A stretch of 64,000 nt of DNA from Nitrosopumilaceae archaeon (GCA_965214835.1 CBDCCK010000002.1:1568001-1632000); one strand, 5' to 3'. Positions 53,084 through 63,626 are shown, counted from the stretch's first letter. Notes: generated by a model not told the origin, from the letters alone. Numbers and translations are program-made.

Positions 53084-54421
53084 ATAGCAACAAAAAACAA
53101 AAAATTCCGAGATCCAATACATGATTTTATTATTGCAACTCCAGAAGAGGTTGCCATTATTAACACCCCCATGTTTCAGAGAATGCATCATATCAAACAG
53201 CTAAGTCTTGGATACTACGTATATCACGGAGCAGAACATTCACGGTTTGGCCACATGATTGGATCAATGCATCTTGCAGGAAAGGCATTTAACTCAATGC
53301 AAACGAATTGTGAGCAGTTATTTGGAAAATTTGATGCGACAGAAGAGGATAAAAAAACGATCAGAATTGCTGCTCTTTTACACGACGTTGGCCATCCGCC
53401 ATTCTCGCACTCACTTGAAAATTTATTAGATGACAAACATGAGAAATATTCTCAAGCACTGGTGGATCATTACTTTGCAGATAAAATAAAAAAAGCAGGT
53501 GTGGAAATCGAGGATGTAAAAAATCTAATTGACGGTGCATATCCGTCAAGGACATACCTTAGCAAGATTGTTAGCGGACAGTTGGACGTAGACAGGCTAG
53601 ACTATCTGTTACGGGACTCCCATTATGCCGGTGTGACTTATGGAGTCTATGACTTGGGAAGAATAATTGAGCAGCTATGCGTGGTAGATGGAAAGTTTGT
53701 AGTACTGGAAGGAGGATATGAAGCCGTAGAGCAGCTAATTTTTGCAAGATACCAGATGTACCAGCAAGTCTATTTTCATAAAACAAAAATGGTTTTTGAA
53801 TTAATGCTAAGAGAGTGTGGTAAAATTCTTAAAGAGAAAGGATTGCTGGATATCCCAACGTTGGATGATTTACAAACAAGCAAAGGACAAAAAGAATTTC
53901 TCTTGCGTGATGACAGATGGTTTCTAAATAAAATCTACCAAGAGGACAATCCACAGGAGGCAAAGGTGATTGCAGATATGATCAAAAAACGATGTCCATA
54001 CTGGGAGACATACTCTCCAAGCAAGGATCGAAAACCATCATAAGAAGCAACCACTGGACCAGAAAATACTGTAAAGGCACTCAAACCGATCCAAACTGCT
54101 GTTTTGAAGAACCTCAACGATATTGATATACAAGATCATGAATTTCTGGTGGATCAAGCGGGTCGTTCCCCTTACAATTTAGAAATGAATTATTCTGTAG
54201 AAAGCGAAAGGGAAGAAGATCAAGAAGGTGACGGAAGTATCATGATTTATTATAAAAACAATAGATATTCTGAGCCAATTGAGAAAAGATCCCACGTGGT
54301 ACACGCACTGGCGACAAACAAGCCGTCAATGATGAGGGGTTTTGTCATTCCTTCCAAATACGATAAGGTTAGATCGTTTCTTAATAAAATGGGGTATGAA
54401 ATTCCACAACGTGAGGATTGA
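53084..54421 (+). pseudogene. HD-domain phosphohydrolase (SAMHD1/dNTP triphosphohydrolase-like) with ATA start and in-frame TAA at 54041
   Basis: RDPIH, FQRM..IKQL, HSRF.H, LLHDVGHPPFSH, DVDRLDYLLRD, R..MY..VYFHK; frame continues after the stop. Confidence 0.85.
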
Positions 54422-54491
54422 ATAGTATTATAACCATCACTTATTATATGAAAATACATGACTAGAGGTTCTATGACGGAGGTGGCCGGAT

Positions 54492-55070
54492 ATGGGTTAT
54501 GAGCAGTTTACGAATGAGGACATAGTTTTGCTGTTGATCAAAAAAGCGACTCAATATCAGGGAACAGACCAGAGAGGAATCCGTGGCAAAAAGGCACTTC
54601 AAAAGAGCCTTTATTTTCTTAACCAAAGGAATCCTCTTTTTAATTTTCGGTGGGCCGACTATGGCCCATTTTGTGGAGAAATTCAGCAAATTGCCGAAGA
54701 CTTGATAGAAGGCGGCAGTGTTGAGGTGTCAGAAATTCCAACTAAAAAGAAAGGTGCCGTAATAAAAAACATGACGTTTTCTGGAGAAAGATCTTCTGAG
54801 ATTGACATTCCTTCTGAAATTGAAGACGATATGGATTCCATCGTAAAGTTTGTGGCAGGCAAAAGCCCCAGGCGTTTGGAATTACTAGCGTCGGTGCATT
54901 TTTGGGCCCTAAAACAGCTGGTTGTATCAGATGGTTATTCCAGCGAGTATGTCTTTGAAAAGTTAATGGATCTAAAGCCAGATGCAGGTTTTACTCGCAG
55001 TGATGTAAAACAGGCCATAGAAACACTAGAGATGCACGAATACCTAGACAAAGCTAGTGTTTTGGCATAA
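54492..55070 (+). CDS. YwgA/Panacea/DarG-C-terminal-like putative antitoxin
   Basis: LQKSLYFL...F.WADYGPF...LELLASVHF motif set. Confidence 0.7.
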   Translation: MGYEQFTNEDIVLLLIKKATQYQGTDQRGIRGKKALQKSLYFLNQRNPLFNFRWADYGPFCGEIQQIAEDLIEGGSVEVSEIPTKKKGAVIKNMTFSGERSSEIDIPSEIEDDMDSIVKFVAGKSPRRLELLASVHFWALKQLVVSDGYSSEYVFEKLMDLKPDAGFTRSDVKQAIETLEMHEYLDKASVLA

Positions 55071-55171
55071 GTGAATTCATTCACGTCATATAGCAACGGT
55101 CACAAGTAATTGAGGGCCTTGACCGGCGATCTGTAAATGTACCTGCACATGCAAAGGCGGGCAAACGACAC

Positions 55172-55264
55172 GTACGAGATCACCTACCATCATCAGTTAG
55201 GCATGAATTAGCATGAATGATTGTGATCTTCGTGCTTAGCTAGCAAGGGGACGTGACCACATAC
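55172..55264. repeat. About 92-bp palindromic repeat, family B
   Basis: GTACGAGATCACC...GTGACCACATAC. Confidence 0.8.
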
Positions 55265-56145
55265 AACGTAGTATCTATCCTAACCATTTGTTCATCTTTA
55301 CCACCTTGATCTCGCCCCTGCGCAGCATGGCCCGTAAGGATTTCTGCATTCCGCCGACGGTCTTGTAAAGGCAGTTTGCAACTGCCTTTTTACACCCGCG
55401 CCACTGCCCTTCTGAGTTATTCAGCTCCGGCGTGTATGGCGGCAGGTACTTTATCACCACATCTTTTTTCCACTTGGCCATCTTTCTCTTGAGTTCTGCT
55501 GACTTGTGGTACGATGCGTTGTCTACAAACAGCAGCACCCTGCCGTACTTGCAACGTAGCGTCTTGAGAAAATCAAAAAACGTACCCGTGTTGGCCTTGT
55601 CATAAAAGAGACAGTCAAAGCCGTTCTTTGAGAGGGCCCCTATGGCATAGAACCTCTTTCTTGACAGGCTGACCGGCGTGTAGACCGGCTCCCCTACCGG
55701 GTACCAGCTGTTCTTGACGTTCCACCCGAGGATGAACAGGGCCTCGTTCCCTATCATTACCGTATACCCCCTCTCGGTGTAATACCCCACGTACCGCCTG
55801 GCCTTCTCTTTGAACTCCCTTTTCTCGTCTTCTGTGGCTGATTTTGGGTGTTTTGGGCCCCCGTAGTCAATTCATAAAAAAACGAACAATTTTGACAACT
55901 GCTTTTGATCCAAACATTAAGATCAGGCAAACCATCGCACATGCATGGGAAAACAGGCAGAATTTGTGGCATCTAGGGACAAATTCCTGGGCAAGCAAAG
56001 CACTCACGCCTTTGCAAGGCGTACTAGACCCGACAGTATGGAACACGACAGTTGTTGCTGCTGCAGTTAATTCGTGCATGTGGAGTTTGACATACTGCCA
56101 CACAAGACCCGACAGTATGGAACACGACAGTTGTTGCTGCTGCAG

Positions 56146-57286
56146 TAGTCAGCCCATCAAATATCGGAACATCTTTACCGGTAGGATCTCTCCGCTGGTA
56201 AACAGATTCCGCACGGACTGCTCCATCTCATCAAGCGTATCAAACACCTTGGCAGACAGCCTCCGCTTTATCTCCCTCCACTGTATCTCTACAGGATTGA
56301 GCTCCGGCGTGGACGGCGGCAGGTACTCCAGTATTATCTCGCCCTTGTACTTTTCCAGCGTCTCCCTTACGCCGACAGACTTGTGGTATGACGCATTATC
56401 CAGGAATATCAACACCTTTCCGTACTTTTCGTGCACATTTTCCAAAAAGTCGCAAAAGCTGTCGGTGTTGGTCTTGTCATAGAACATATAGTAGAATATG
56501 TTAACTGCCAGCACGCCGAACATGTACCGGCGCTGCCGTGACAGCGTCAAGGGCGCCGTGACGCTCATGCCGCGCCTGATCCACCCGTGTTTGGGGCTGT
56601 TTGAGGTCTTTTGTATGGATGACTCGTCTTCTGCCAGTACCGTATACCCTTGCGCCTCCTTTTCCCGTATCAGCTCCTGGGATGCCTCCTTGAACTCGTT
56701 CTGCTTTTGTTTTGAGACGGCCTTTGGGTTCTTGGGCCTCGGCTTCCTCCATGAGAACCCAAGCTCGCGTGCCAGCAGCCGCGTGCCGCTCTTGCTGTAT
56801 TCTATGCCGAACTTCTTTTTGATGTGCCGTCTCATCAGGCCCGAGTCCCACAGGCTGCTCTCAAAACCGCACTCCTCGGATCCTGACTTGAGATCCGCCG
56901 CAAGCTGTTTCAGCTGCGACTCACTCAGCTTGTGCTTGCGTCCCCTGCCTGGCCGCTCGTGCCTTGCACGTATTCCCTCGTCCTGTGCGCGGATGAGCCA
57001 CTTGGATATGGTGGAATGTGCCCGGTCGAGGTTCTTTGCTATCTGTTCCACACCGAGGTCGTCCTTGCGCTGCATGTATGCAAGCAGCCTGTCGCGCTTT
57101 CTCTTGTCTGTCTCCTTTTTGTATGCCTTGTGCAGGTAGGAGCGTGACGTATTTGGCAGGAATTTGCTCCCTGATGCTACGAATTCCTTTCTCTGTCTGT
57201 CCATGCATATGCGCATTCCTTGCCTGATCTTAATGTTTGGATCAAAAATAGTTGTCAAAATTGTTCTTTTTTTTATATATTGACTA
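56146..57286 (-). mobile_element. Inner IS630 element with intact transposase (56149-57216)
   Basis: TAGTCA ends; EDES, LDNASYH, PELNPVEIQW. Confidence 0.88.
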
Positions 57287-57425
57287 CGGCTTTCTGCATG
57301 AAAAGCCGATCCTGTGCAGTATCTTGTATACGCTGGAGACGGCATAGCCTACCTTGTATTTCTTTTTGATGTGCACTGCAAGCAGCGGTGCGGTCCACAC
57401 CTCCGACTCTCCGCAGCTGCGCGGG

Positions 57426-57533
57426 CCCGCAATCAGGTCGGCGCGCACCTGCTTGAGCTGCATGGACAAGGACGGCAAGGTGCCACTGTTTGTCGACCCC
57501 GCAATCAGGTCGGCGCGCACCTGCTTGAGCTGC
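57426..57533. repeat. 36-bp direct repeat separated by a 36-bp insert
   Basis: CCCGCAATCAGGTCGGCGCGCACCTGCTTGAGCTGC at 57426 and 57498. Confidence 0.95.
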
Positions 57534-57976
57534 CCTGCATCCAGCCACATCTTGGTGCCGGGCCTCTTGATGTCGTACCTGCCCTGTATGCCAAGCTGCA
57601 TGGCCCGTATCAGCCAGTCGCGTATCGTAGAGTACCCCCGGCCGAGCTGCCTGGCTATCTGGCGTATCGAGTCGCCTTTTTTGCGCCGTATGTAGGCCAT
57701 CAGCCTGGCTGCGGCCTTGGAGTCGGTCTCATTTTTGTACCTCTCAAGGAGGGACGGGGCCGAGACGTTGGGAAGAAACTTGCCCCCTATTGGTATCATC
57801 GAGTCGTCTGGTTTCATGCGTATTGTTACGTTGTACCGGATCTTAGATCCTTTGGTGAAAATTTCTTGTCCTTTTTGTGATTGGTTACTACGCATAGTTA
57901 CTATACCTCGTAATCGCGGCAGGTTTACGCACGAGGCTGGCAATACTCTTAATATCCTTGGCAACGATGGTACATC

Positions 57977-58189
57977 ATGAGCTCCACAATACAGAAAAAG
58001 ACCTACACCATCATCATAACGCCTGATGAAGTCGACGGGGGTTTTGTCGGTAGGTGCGACGAACTGCATGCCAATTCACAGGGAGAAACATATGGGGAGA
58101 TCATAGAGAACATGAAGGAGGCAGTAGAGGCTTCAATAGATGATGGTACAACCGACTTTAACATGTTGATTGTTCAGGATCACAATTGA
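57977..58189 (+). CDS. hicB: HicB-family antitoxin
   Basis: YTIII..DE..GGFVG.C.EL...SQGET..E...N.KEA. Confidence 0.88.
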   Translation: MSSTIQKKTYTIIITPDEVDGGFVGRCDELHANSQGETYGEIIENMKEAVEASIDDGTTDFNMLIVQDHN

Positions 58190-58503
58190 CTAAGATTCCT
58201 AGGGTCTCAGGTAACGCAATGATAAGATATCTAACCAAGAAAAGGTTTGCCGTATTATAGCAACGAGCAGAAATAATTGAGGTTTTTTACGTGTAGTTAT
58301 GGCCTACTTTGACTCAAAGACTTCTGCCCGTTGCTATAAGGCAGAGGGGAAGCCACGTAAGATTGCGAAGGGAAGACATGTTCACAACCATTGGTGTGGG
58401 AAACAACCCGCTAAAGATTGGAACGCTTATGGGAGTGTTAAACGACATAAGGATTGACAGAGACGAGTTCATCAGGGATCATAGTAACGGACTCGTAAAA
58501 TAG
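58186..58503 (+). pseudogene. hicA: HicA-family toxin interrupted by a MITE
   Basis: MTKIPRVSG...FAV-[insert]-RQRGSHV...LKIGTL; overlaps the hicB stop. Confidence 0.85.
58258..58336. mobile_element. 79-bp IS630-type MITE (family F)
   Basis: TIR TAGCAACG.GCAGAA; TA TSD; related end near 55091. Confidence 0.85.
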
Positions 58504-58618
58504 ACGGCCTGGGATGAGTGCTTGGCACGGGTGATTTTTCCCACGCGGACAGGTAATAGGCCCAATCTATTCTGCCAAACATATGCACGGAAATAGAAAC
58601 TCTGCAAGCAGATAATAC

Positions 58619-59539
58619 TTGAGCATGTCAAAACAGCGAAGCACAGCACTATTTGAGGAATCCATTAAATCAAAATACACCAAAAAGAACTATGCATCTC
58701 ACCTGAACCAGCTCATAAAGTACGTGGGAATGGATTCCATCGATCAACTGCTGTCAGTCCCACATTCGGAGCTGCAGCACATGCTGGAGAATTACCTCAT
58801 AGAGCTAAAACAGACGACAAATCCCAACTCAGTACCGTCAAGGTTCCAGGGAATCAGGCATTTCTGCATTATGAACGAGATCAATCTCAACTGGGACATA
58901 ATACGCAAGATGTTTCCACAAAAACAAAAGGCCCACAGTTTGAGGGCATACACCGCAAGTGAGGTAAGGGAGATGCTGTCCAGTGCAGCAAGCTTAAGGG
59001 ACAAGGCGATAATCCACTTTCTTGCGTCAACCGGCTCAAGGGTTGGGGTATTTGATCATGTTCTCTCTGTCAGGCACATGCGTAAAATGCCGCATGGCTG
59101 CACGGCCGTGTTGCTTTATGCAGGAGACATCGAGGAGTACTGGGCGTTTCTCACGCCGCAGGCATCAAGTGCACTAAAAACGTATCACGACTATCGCAGG
59201 CGCGGCGGCGAGGTGTTTTGCAAAGACACACCGGTTTTTGCAACACGTAGATTCCCGCCAAAACAGCTTGGCTGGAGCGGTGTCAGATCGGTAGTATACA
59301 GAACAATATCGAAAAGCAAGATAGTCAGAGACAAGCACGGAGATCGCTATGATGTGCAGGCAGATCATGGATTCAGGAAGAGGTTCAACACAATCCTAAA
59401 GCTGGACAACGCAATAAACTATAACGTTGCAGAAAAACTCATGGGACATAAAAACGGCCTTGACGGGGTGTATTTTACACTTACACTTGAAGAGCTGCTT
59501 GCGGAGTTTAGAAAAGTAATGCACAAAGTCAAGGTCTAG
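58619..59539 (+). CDS. Tyrosine recombinase/integrase
   Basis: STGSR, HGFRKRF, LMGH, GVY catalytic residues. Confidence 0.92.
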   Translation: MSMSKQRSTALFEESIKSKYTKKNYASHLNQLIKYVGMDSIDQLLSVPHSELQHMLENYLIELKQTTNPNSVPSRFQGIRHFCIMNEINLNWDIIRKMFPQKQKAHSLRAYTASEVREMLSSAASLRDKAIIHFLASTGSRVGVFDHVLSVRHMRKMPHGCTAVLLYAGDIEEYWAFLTPQASSALKTYHDYRRRGGEVFCKDTPVFATRRFPPKQLGWSGVRSVVYRTISKSKIVRDKHGDRYDVQADHGFRKRFNTILKLDNAINYNVAEKLMGHKNGLDGVYFTLTLEELLAEFRKVMHKVKV

Positions 59540-59614
59540 AATCACGACACGGCTTCTGGTTGCAGGATGTATATGCGACATCTAACCGCATGCACGGAGA
59601 ACAGTGTCTTCGGC

Positions 59615-61796
59615 CTAGGACTCAATGCCAAGATAGCGGGTCGAGTTTTCCTGCAACATCGAGGAAAGCTCGTCATATGGCATCCCAAGCGCCTTTGATG
59701 CGCAGAACACCACGCTTGGGATGACAGTACTTCCTAGATGTACTTTTGCAGACCCGACACGGCACCTCCGCTACTTTCCGCGATCGTTTACAAACGAGTC
59801 GGCCGCATCGACAATGCACGCGACAAACAGCATCATGGTAAACCCCTTCCCTCCTGCAAATCCGTCCCACTTGGATTCCACGTCTATGAACACGGCAGTC
59901 CTCCACAGGTTGTACAGTATGACAGACATATAGAACAGCAGCAGCCTGACGACCGGGGAATTGCTGCACGTCTTGCCCATTATCCCCTTGATCACCCTGA
60001 ACCCGGTCTCGATTCCCCACCGACTGCGGTACTCCTCCGGTATCTGCTCAATGACTGCCTCTGCACTTTTAGCAGACATGTTGGTGGCAAAGACCAGATA
60101 CCTGTCGGCTATGGTCTCTTCTGCCTTGTCCTTCTTTGCTGCTGCCGTGCCGTCCTTTTCTACCTCGTCCTTTTCCACAATGACTAGCCTGAATGTGGCG
60201 CTCTTGCCGTCCTTGTTGGTCATTGTATATTTTGATACCGCACCGCGTTCTCCGCGGTCATGCTCCTCTATTGCCGCCACTATCCTCCTGTTCTTGACGG
60301 CAGGCATGATGTAGCTGCCCGTGCTTGTTTCTGCAGCCCTCATGCAGTCCACGTTAAAGAACCCGCGGTCATACAGGAACGTCTTGATCCTCATCCCTGA
60401 TCTGGACGCCTTGCGGATCATTTTAGGCACGAAATCGGCCAGTTTTGCCTCTTTTGGAAGCTGCAGCGAGGAAAGCACGAGGTCAGACCCGTCATCTGAT
60501 CCTATTCCGTGCATGGTAATGTGCGAGAGAAACGTCGACGTGCCGTTCTTGGGCTTTGACTTTCTGGCGATATCCTCCAGGCCCTTGCCATAGTATTCCA
60601 CGTCGGTAACGTCCACTGCCACGACGTCCGTGTTGTGCAGCATGCCTGACCTGCGGGCGCACCTTACCGTATGCTGCAGCATGGAGCTGCACCACTTTTG
60701 CGCATCATCCAGGCTGACGCCCCGGATCGCCTTTAGGATCCAGTCCGGACTAGGCGTACGGCAACTATACGCGCCGCCCTTGGAGGCAGCCCCGTCGTCA
60801 TGCTGCTGCCTGCTGCATTTTGAGGCCCGCCTGCGAAGGTGCGTCACGGCAGATTCTGCAAACATCCTCCTCTCAGACATGAAATATAGAACGCGCAGTG
60901 CGTCGATGTGGTCATACACTGCGTTGCGACTCTTTGAGACGGCCAGCCCGAGCTTGGGAAACCGCCGTCGCAATGTTTTAAACTGTCTCGATGTTATGTC
61001 AAACTGGTGTGCAAACACGTCGTTTTGTGTTACTGACATGATGATGGTTGGCACACCGCCTGATCTATAGTGTGATGGTCAAAAAATCTCGGCAAATTGC
61101 GTAATTATCGTGCCTGCAAAAGTACATCGAGGAACTACTGATGAAGCTGATCTGCGCAGGCTTGCGCTCAAAGCACCTTGAAAAGGGGACCGGGCCGTCG
61201 GTCTCGACTAGGATCCTTTCAGGGTCTGCCTTTTTCAGCAGGGCCTGCTTGTCGCCTGCATACACCGTCACGGGTCCAAAGGAGACATGGCAATCAAGGT
61301 CCATTGCCTGCCGCAGCTGCCTTTTGCTGCCATCAAACCAGTGAAGCATCTTTCCCCGAACGGTATATGACGGAAGAACCCCGTAAACCTCCTCCAGTGA
61401 CCCCCGGGAGTGAATCGATACTGGCTTGCCGTATTTTTCTGCCAGGGAAAGCAGCGTCTCAAAGACCAGCATCTGCCTCCTCGAGTCCGACTCCGAGCCC
61501 GCATACGCAGGATCCAGCCCGATCTCCCCGATCCCAGAAATGCCGTCATGATGCAGGTGTATCTTCGATTCCATAGAGCCCAGATCATCGCCGGCCATCT
61601 CTGGGTGGATGCCTATGAACGGCAGCACCAGGCCGCTTTTTTTGGCAAGACCCAGCGTCTGCAGGGAGGTTTGATTGTCCACCGAGACACAGCAGGCCTT
61701 GATCCGCATCCTTTCCATGCCTGCCAGGATAAAGGCCATGTCCTGCGCATATGCGGGATCAGACAGGTGGATGTGGGCGTCAAACTGCCAGGCCAT
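59615..61796 (-). pseudogene. tatD: TatD-family DNase interrupted near its 3' end by ISH3
   Basis: DAHIH, GIHP, IGEIGLD, HSR, LHWF, ETDGP; C-terminus IPSVVFCASKALG... resumes at 59724. Confidence 0.88.
59725..61140 (-). mobile_element. ISH3-family element, transposase 59771-61054
   Basis: TIR CAGTA(C/G)TTCCT.GATGTACTTTTGCAG; TSD ATGA; VAVD, DRGFF, YRSRWGIETGFR. Confidence 0.92.
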
Positions 61797-61900
61797 GGTA
61801 CAGATGGGGATCGCCCCCTAAAATAGTCTGTATTAATCGATCCCTTTGTGGTATTTTTTTACTCAGTACGTTTTATCCCCAAAACGGAAGGCATCAGGCA

Positions 61901-62122
61901 ATGAAGTCGTCTGAGCTCGGGCTGTCTGCGATGTACAGGATTCTCAAAAAGGCAGGCGCAAGCAGGGTGAGCGACGAGTCCGCAGACGAGCTGAGGAGGG
62001 TAATCGAGGAGGTCGCCTCCGGAATAGCCAAAAACGCAGTAGAGATGTTGACCCACGCAGGCAGAAAGACCGTCAAGGCAGAAGACGTAAAGCTGGCCTC
62101 AAAGTCGTTTTTGAAGACATAG
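61901..62122 (+). CDS. Archaeal histone
   Basis: RILKKAGASRVS...HAGRKTVKAED histone fold. Confidence 0.93.
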   Translation: MKSSELGLSAMYRILKKAGASRVSDESADELRRVIEEVASGIAKNAVEMLTHAGRKTVKAEDVKLASKSFLKT

Positions 62123-62457
62123 TCCGGGGTTTCATGGATGTGGGGTTTTTTGAACCAGCACGCAACCATCTGCGCCACATATGCGGCCGGGCCGTGCACC
62201 AGATTCCCTACGGGGTCTTGCTCATCATCAGCTGTCCAAATGTGCCAAAATCAACGACAGGGGCCGGGCAGAAGATATGATACCTCAGATCATGCCCAAT
62301 AACAAGACAAAGGCAGCAATCTCACTCACATTTTGCTTGGATGCTCAAATTAGACCCCCTGCGCATGTCGCCTCATGCACCGCCGTGAACCGGGCACCTC
62401 TGGAAAGGCTGCACATCTAGGAATATTGATATTTGACGCTTGTTTTTTCTTAGTAAA

Positions 62458-63624
62458 ATGGCTCGGCAGACAATCTTGGTTAAAACAAATCCAAAAGTGG
62501 TAAGATGGATCATAGATGACAGCGGGCTAGATGTTGCGGAGCTGGCAGAAAAGATCAAGGTTGCAGAGTCCGATGTTGAGAGATGGATGGCCAGCAATGT
62601 TGAAATCGAAATGAAGAAACTGGAAAAGCTCTCAAGGGTTTTAAAACGTCCACTGGCCACGTTCTTTTTGCCAGAGCCTCCCAAGGAGTCAAGGATACCT
62701 GACTATCGAAGGCTGCCGGGCCAGGAAGAGATCCGGCTTTCACCGGATACGCGCGCGAAGATCCGAGATGCGCGTCACCTGCAGGAGATCGCAGAAGATC
62801 TTATGAAGGCACAAGGGATGGACGCGGAACCCAGGGTAGCTGCAGTCACCGCCCAGTCATCGCCCGAGAGGATCGCAGAAACAGAACGCAGAAAACTGGG
62901 ACTTGAATCAGGCGCACTATCCATGCCGGAGGCAAAAACCCCTAGAGAGATCTACAACGCGCTAAGGCAGACGATCGAGTCCTTGAACATATTTGTCTTC
63001 CAAGCAAGCATGCAGATAGAGGAGGTTCGCGCAATAGCACTATCCGACAGGCTTCCCATGGTGATAGTTGTCAGTTCAAAGGACATTGTAGAGGCAAGGA
63101 TATTTTCACTGCTGCACGAATACGGCCACGTCCTGCTAAGGAAGGATGGAATGTGCATTCCCCAGACAGTGTACGAAAGTGGATCCTATGATGATCTCCA
63201 GCGCATAGAGGCGTGGTGCAACAGTTTTGCCGCCTCGGTTCTCATGCCAGATGGACCACTCCTAAAGGAATGCCGCAGGCTGGAAGAGCGCGGATTCGAA
63301 AAGGAGGAAATCATCTACAGGCTGGCAGCCAAGTTCAAGGTAAGTAGGCAGGCGGCTGCTGTCAGGCTAAGAAACCTTGGAAAAGATGATCCTGCATCCG
63401 GTTACGGCCTACTTCAGAAGATCAAAAACAGCGAAACTAGGCGATCCGCAAAAAACACGGGCGGCGTGGAAAGAACCCGCCTGTGCATCAGCAGCAAGGG
63501 AAGGAAGTTCATTTCACTGGTTTTGGAATCCGAAGTTAGGGATATAATCCACATCAGCGATGTTGCCGACCATCTTGGGATCAAGTTAAAGCATTTGAAA
63601 AAACTCGAGGAACAGGCGCTCTAA
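62458..63624 (+). CDS. XRE-HTH plus ImmA/IrrE-family metallopeptidase
   Basis: N-terminal HTH, PDYR, RIFSLLHEYGH, EAWCNSFAASVLMP. Confidence 0.9.
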   Translation: MARQTILVKTNPKVVRWIIDDSGLDVAELAEKIKVAESDVERWMASNVEIEMKKLEKLSRVLKRPLATFFLPEPPKESRIPDYRRLPGQEEIRLSPDTRAKIRDARHLQEIAEDLMKAQGMDAEPRVAAVTAQSSPERIAETERRKLGLESGALSMPEAKTPREIYNALRQTIESLNIFVFQASMQIEEVRAIALSDRLPMVIVVSSKDIVEARIFSLLHEYGHVLLRKDGMCIPQTVYESGSYDDLQRIEAWCNSFAASVLMPDGPLLKECRRLEERGFEKEEIIYRLAAKFKVSRQAAAVRLRNLGKDDPASGYGLLQKIKNSETRRSAKNTGGVERTRLCISSKGRKFISLVLESEVRDIIHISDVADHLGIKLKHLKKLEEQAL

Positions 63625-63626
63625 AA

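Larger units (their letters stand above)
55269..57890 (-). mobile_element. Outer IS630 element, split by nested IS630 sequences (ends approximate)
   Basis: N-terminal part 57284-57817 (...FSCRKP) rejoins 55863 downward (...PKHPKSA...FVDNASYH...PYTPELN) at a TA site. Confidence 0.8.

Noticed and set aside
54041-54043. Programmed stop readthrough in the HD gene
   Set aside because: TAA is not a Sec or Pyl codon, and the start codon also looks mutated, so decay is more parsimonious
61901-62122. Histone as a novelty
   Set aside because: Histones are established in Nitrosopumilaceae
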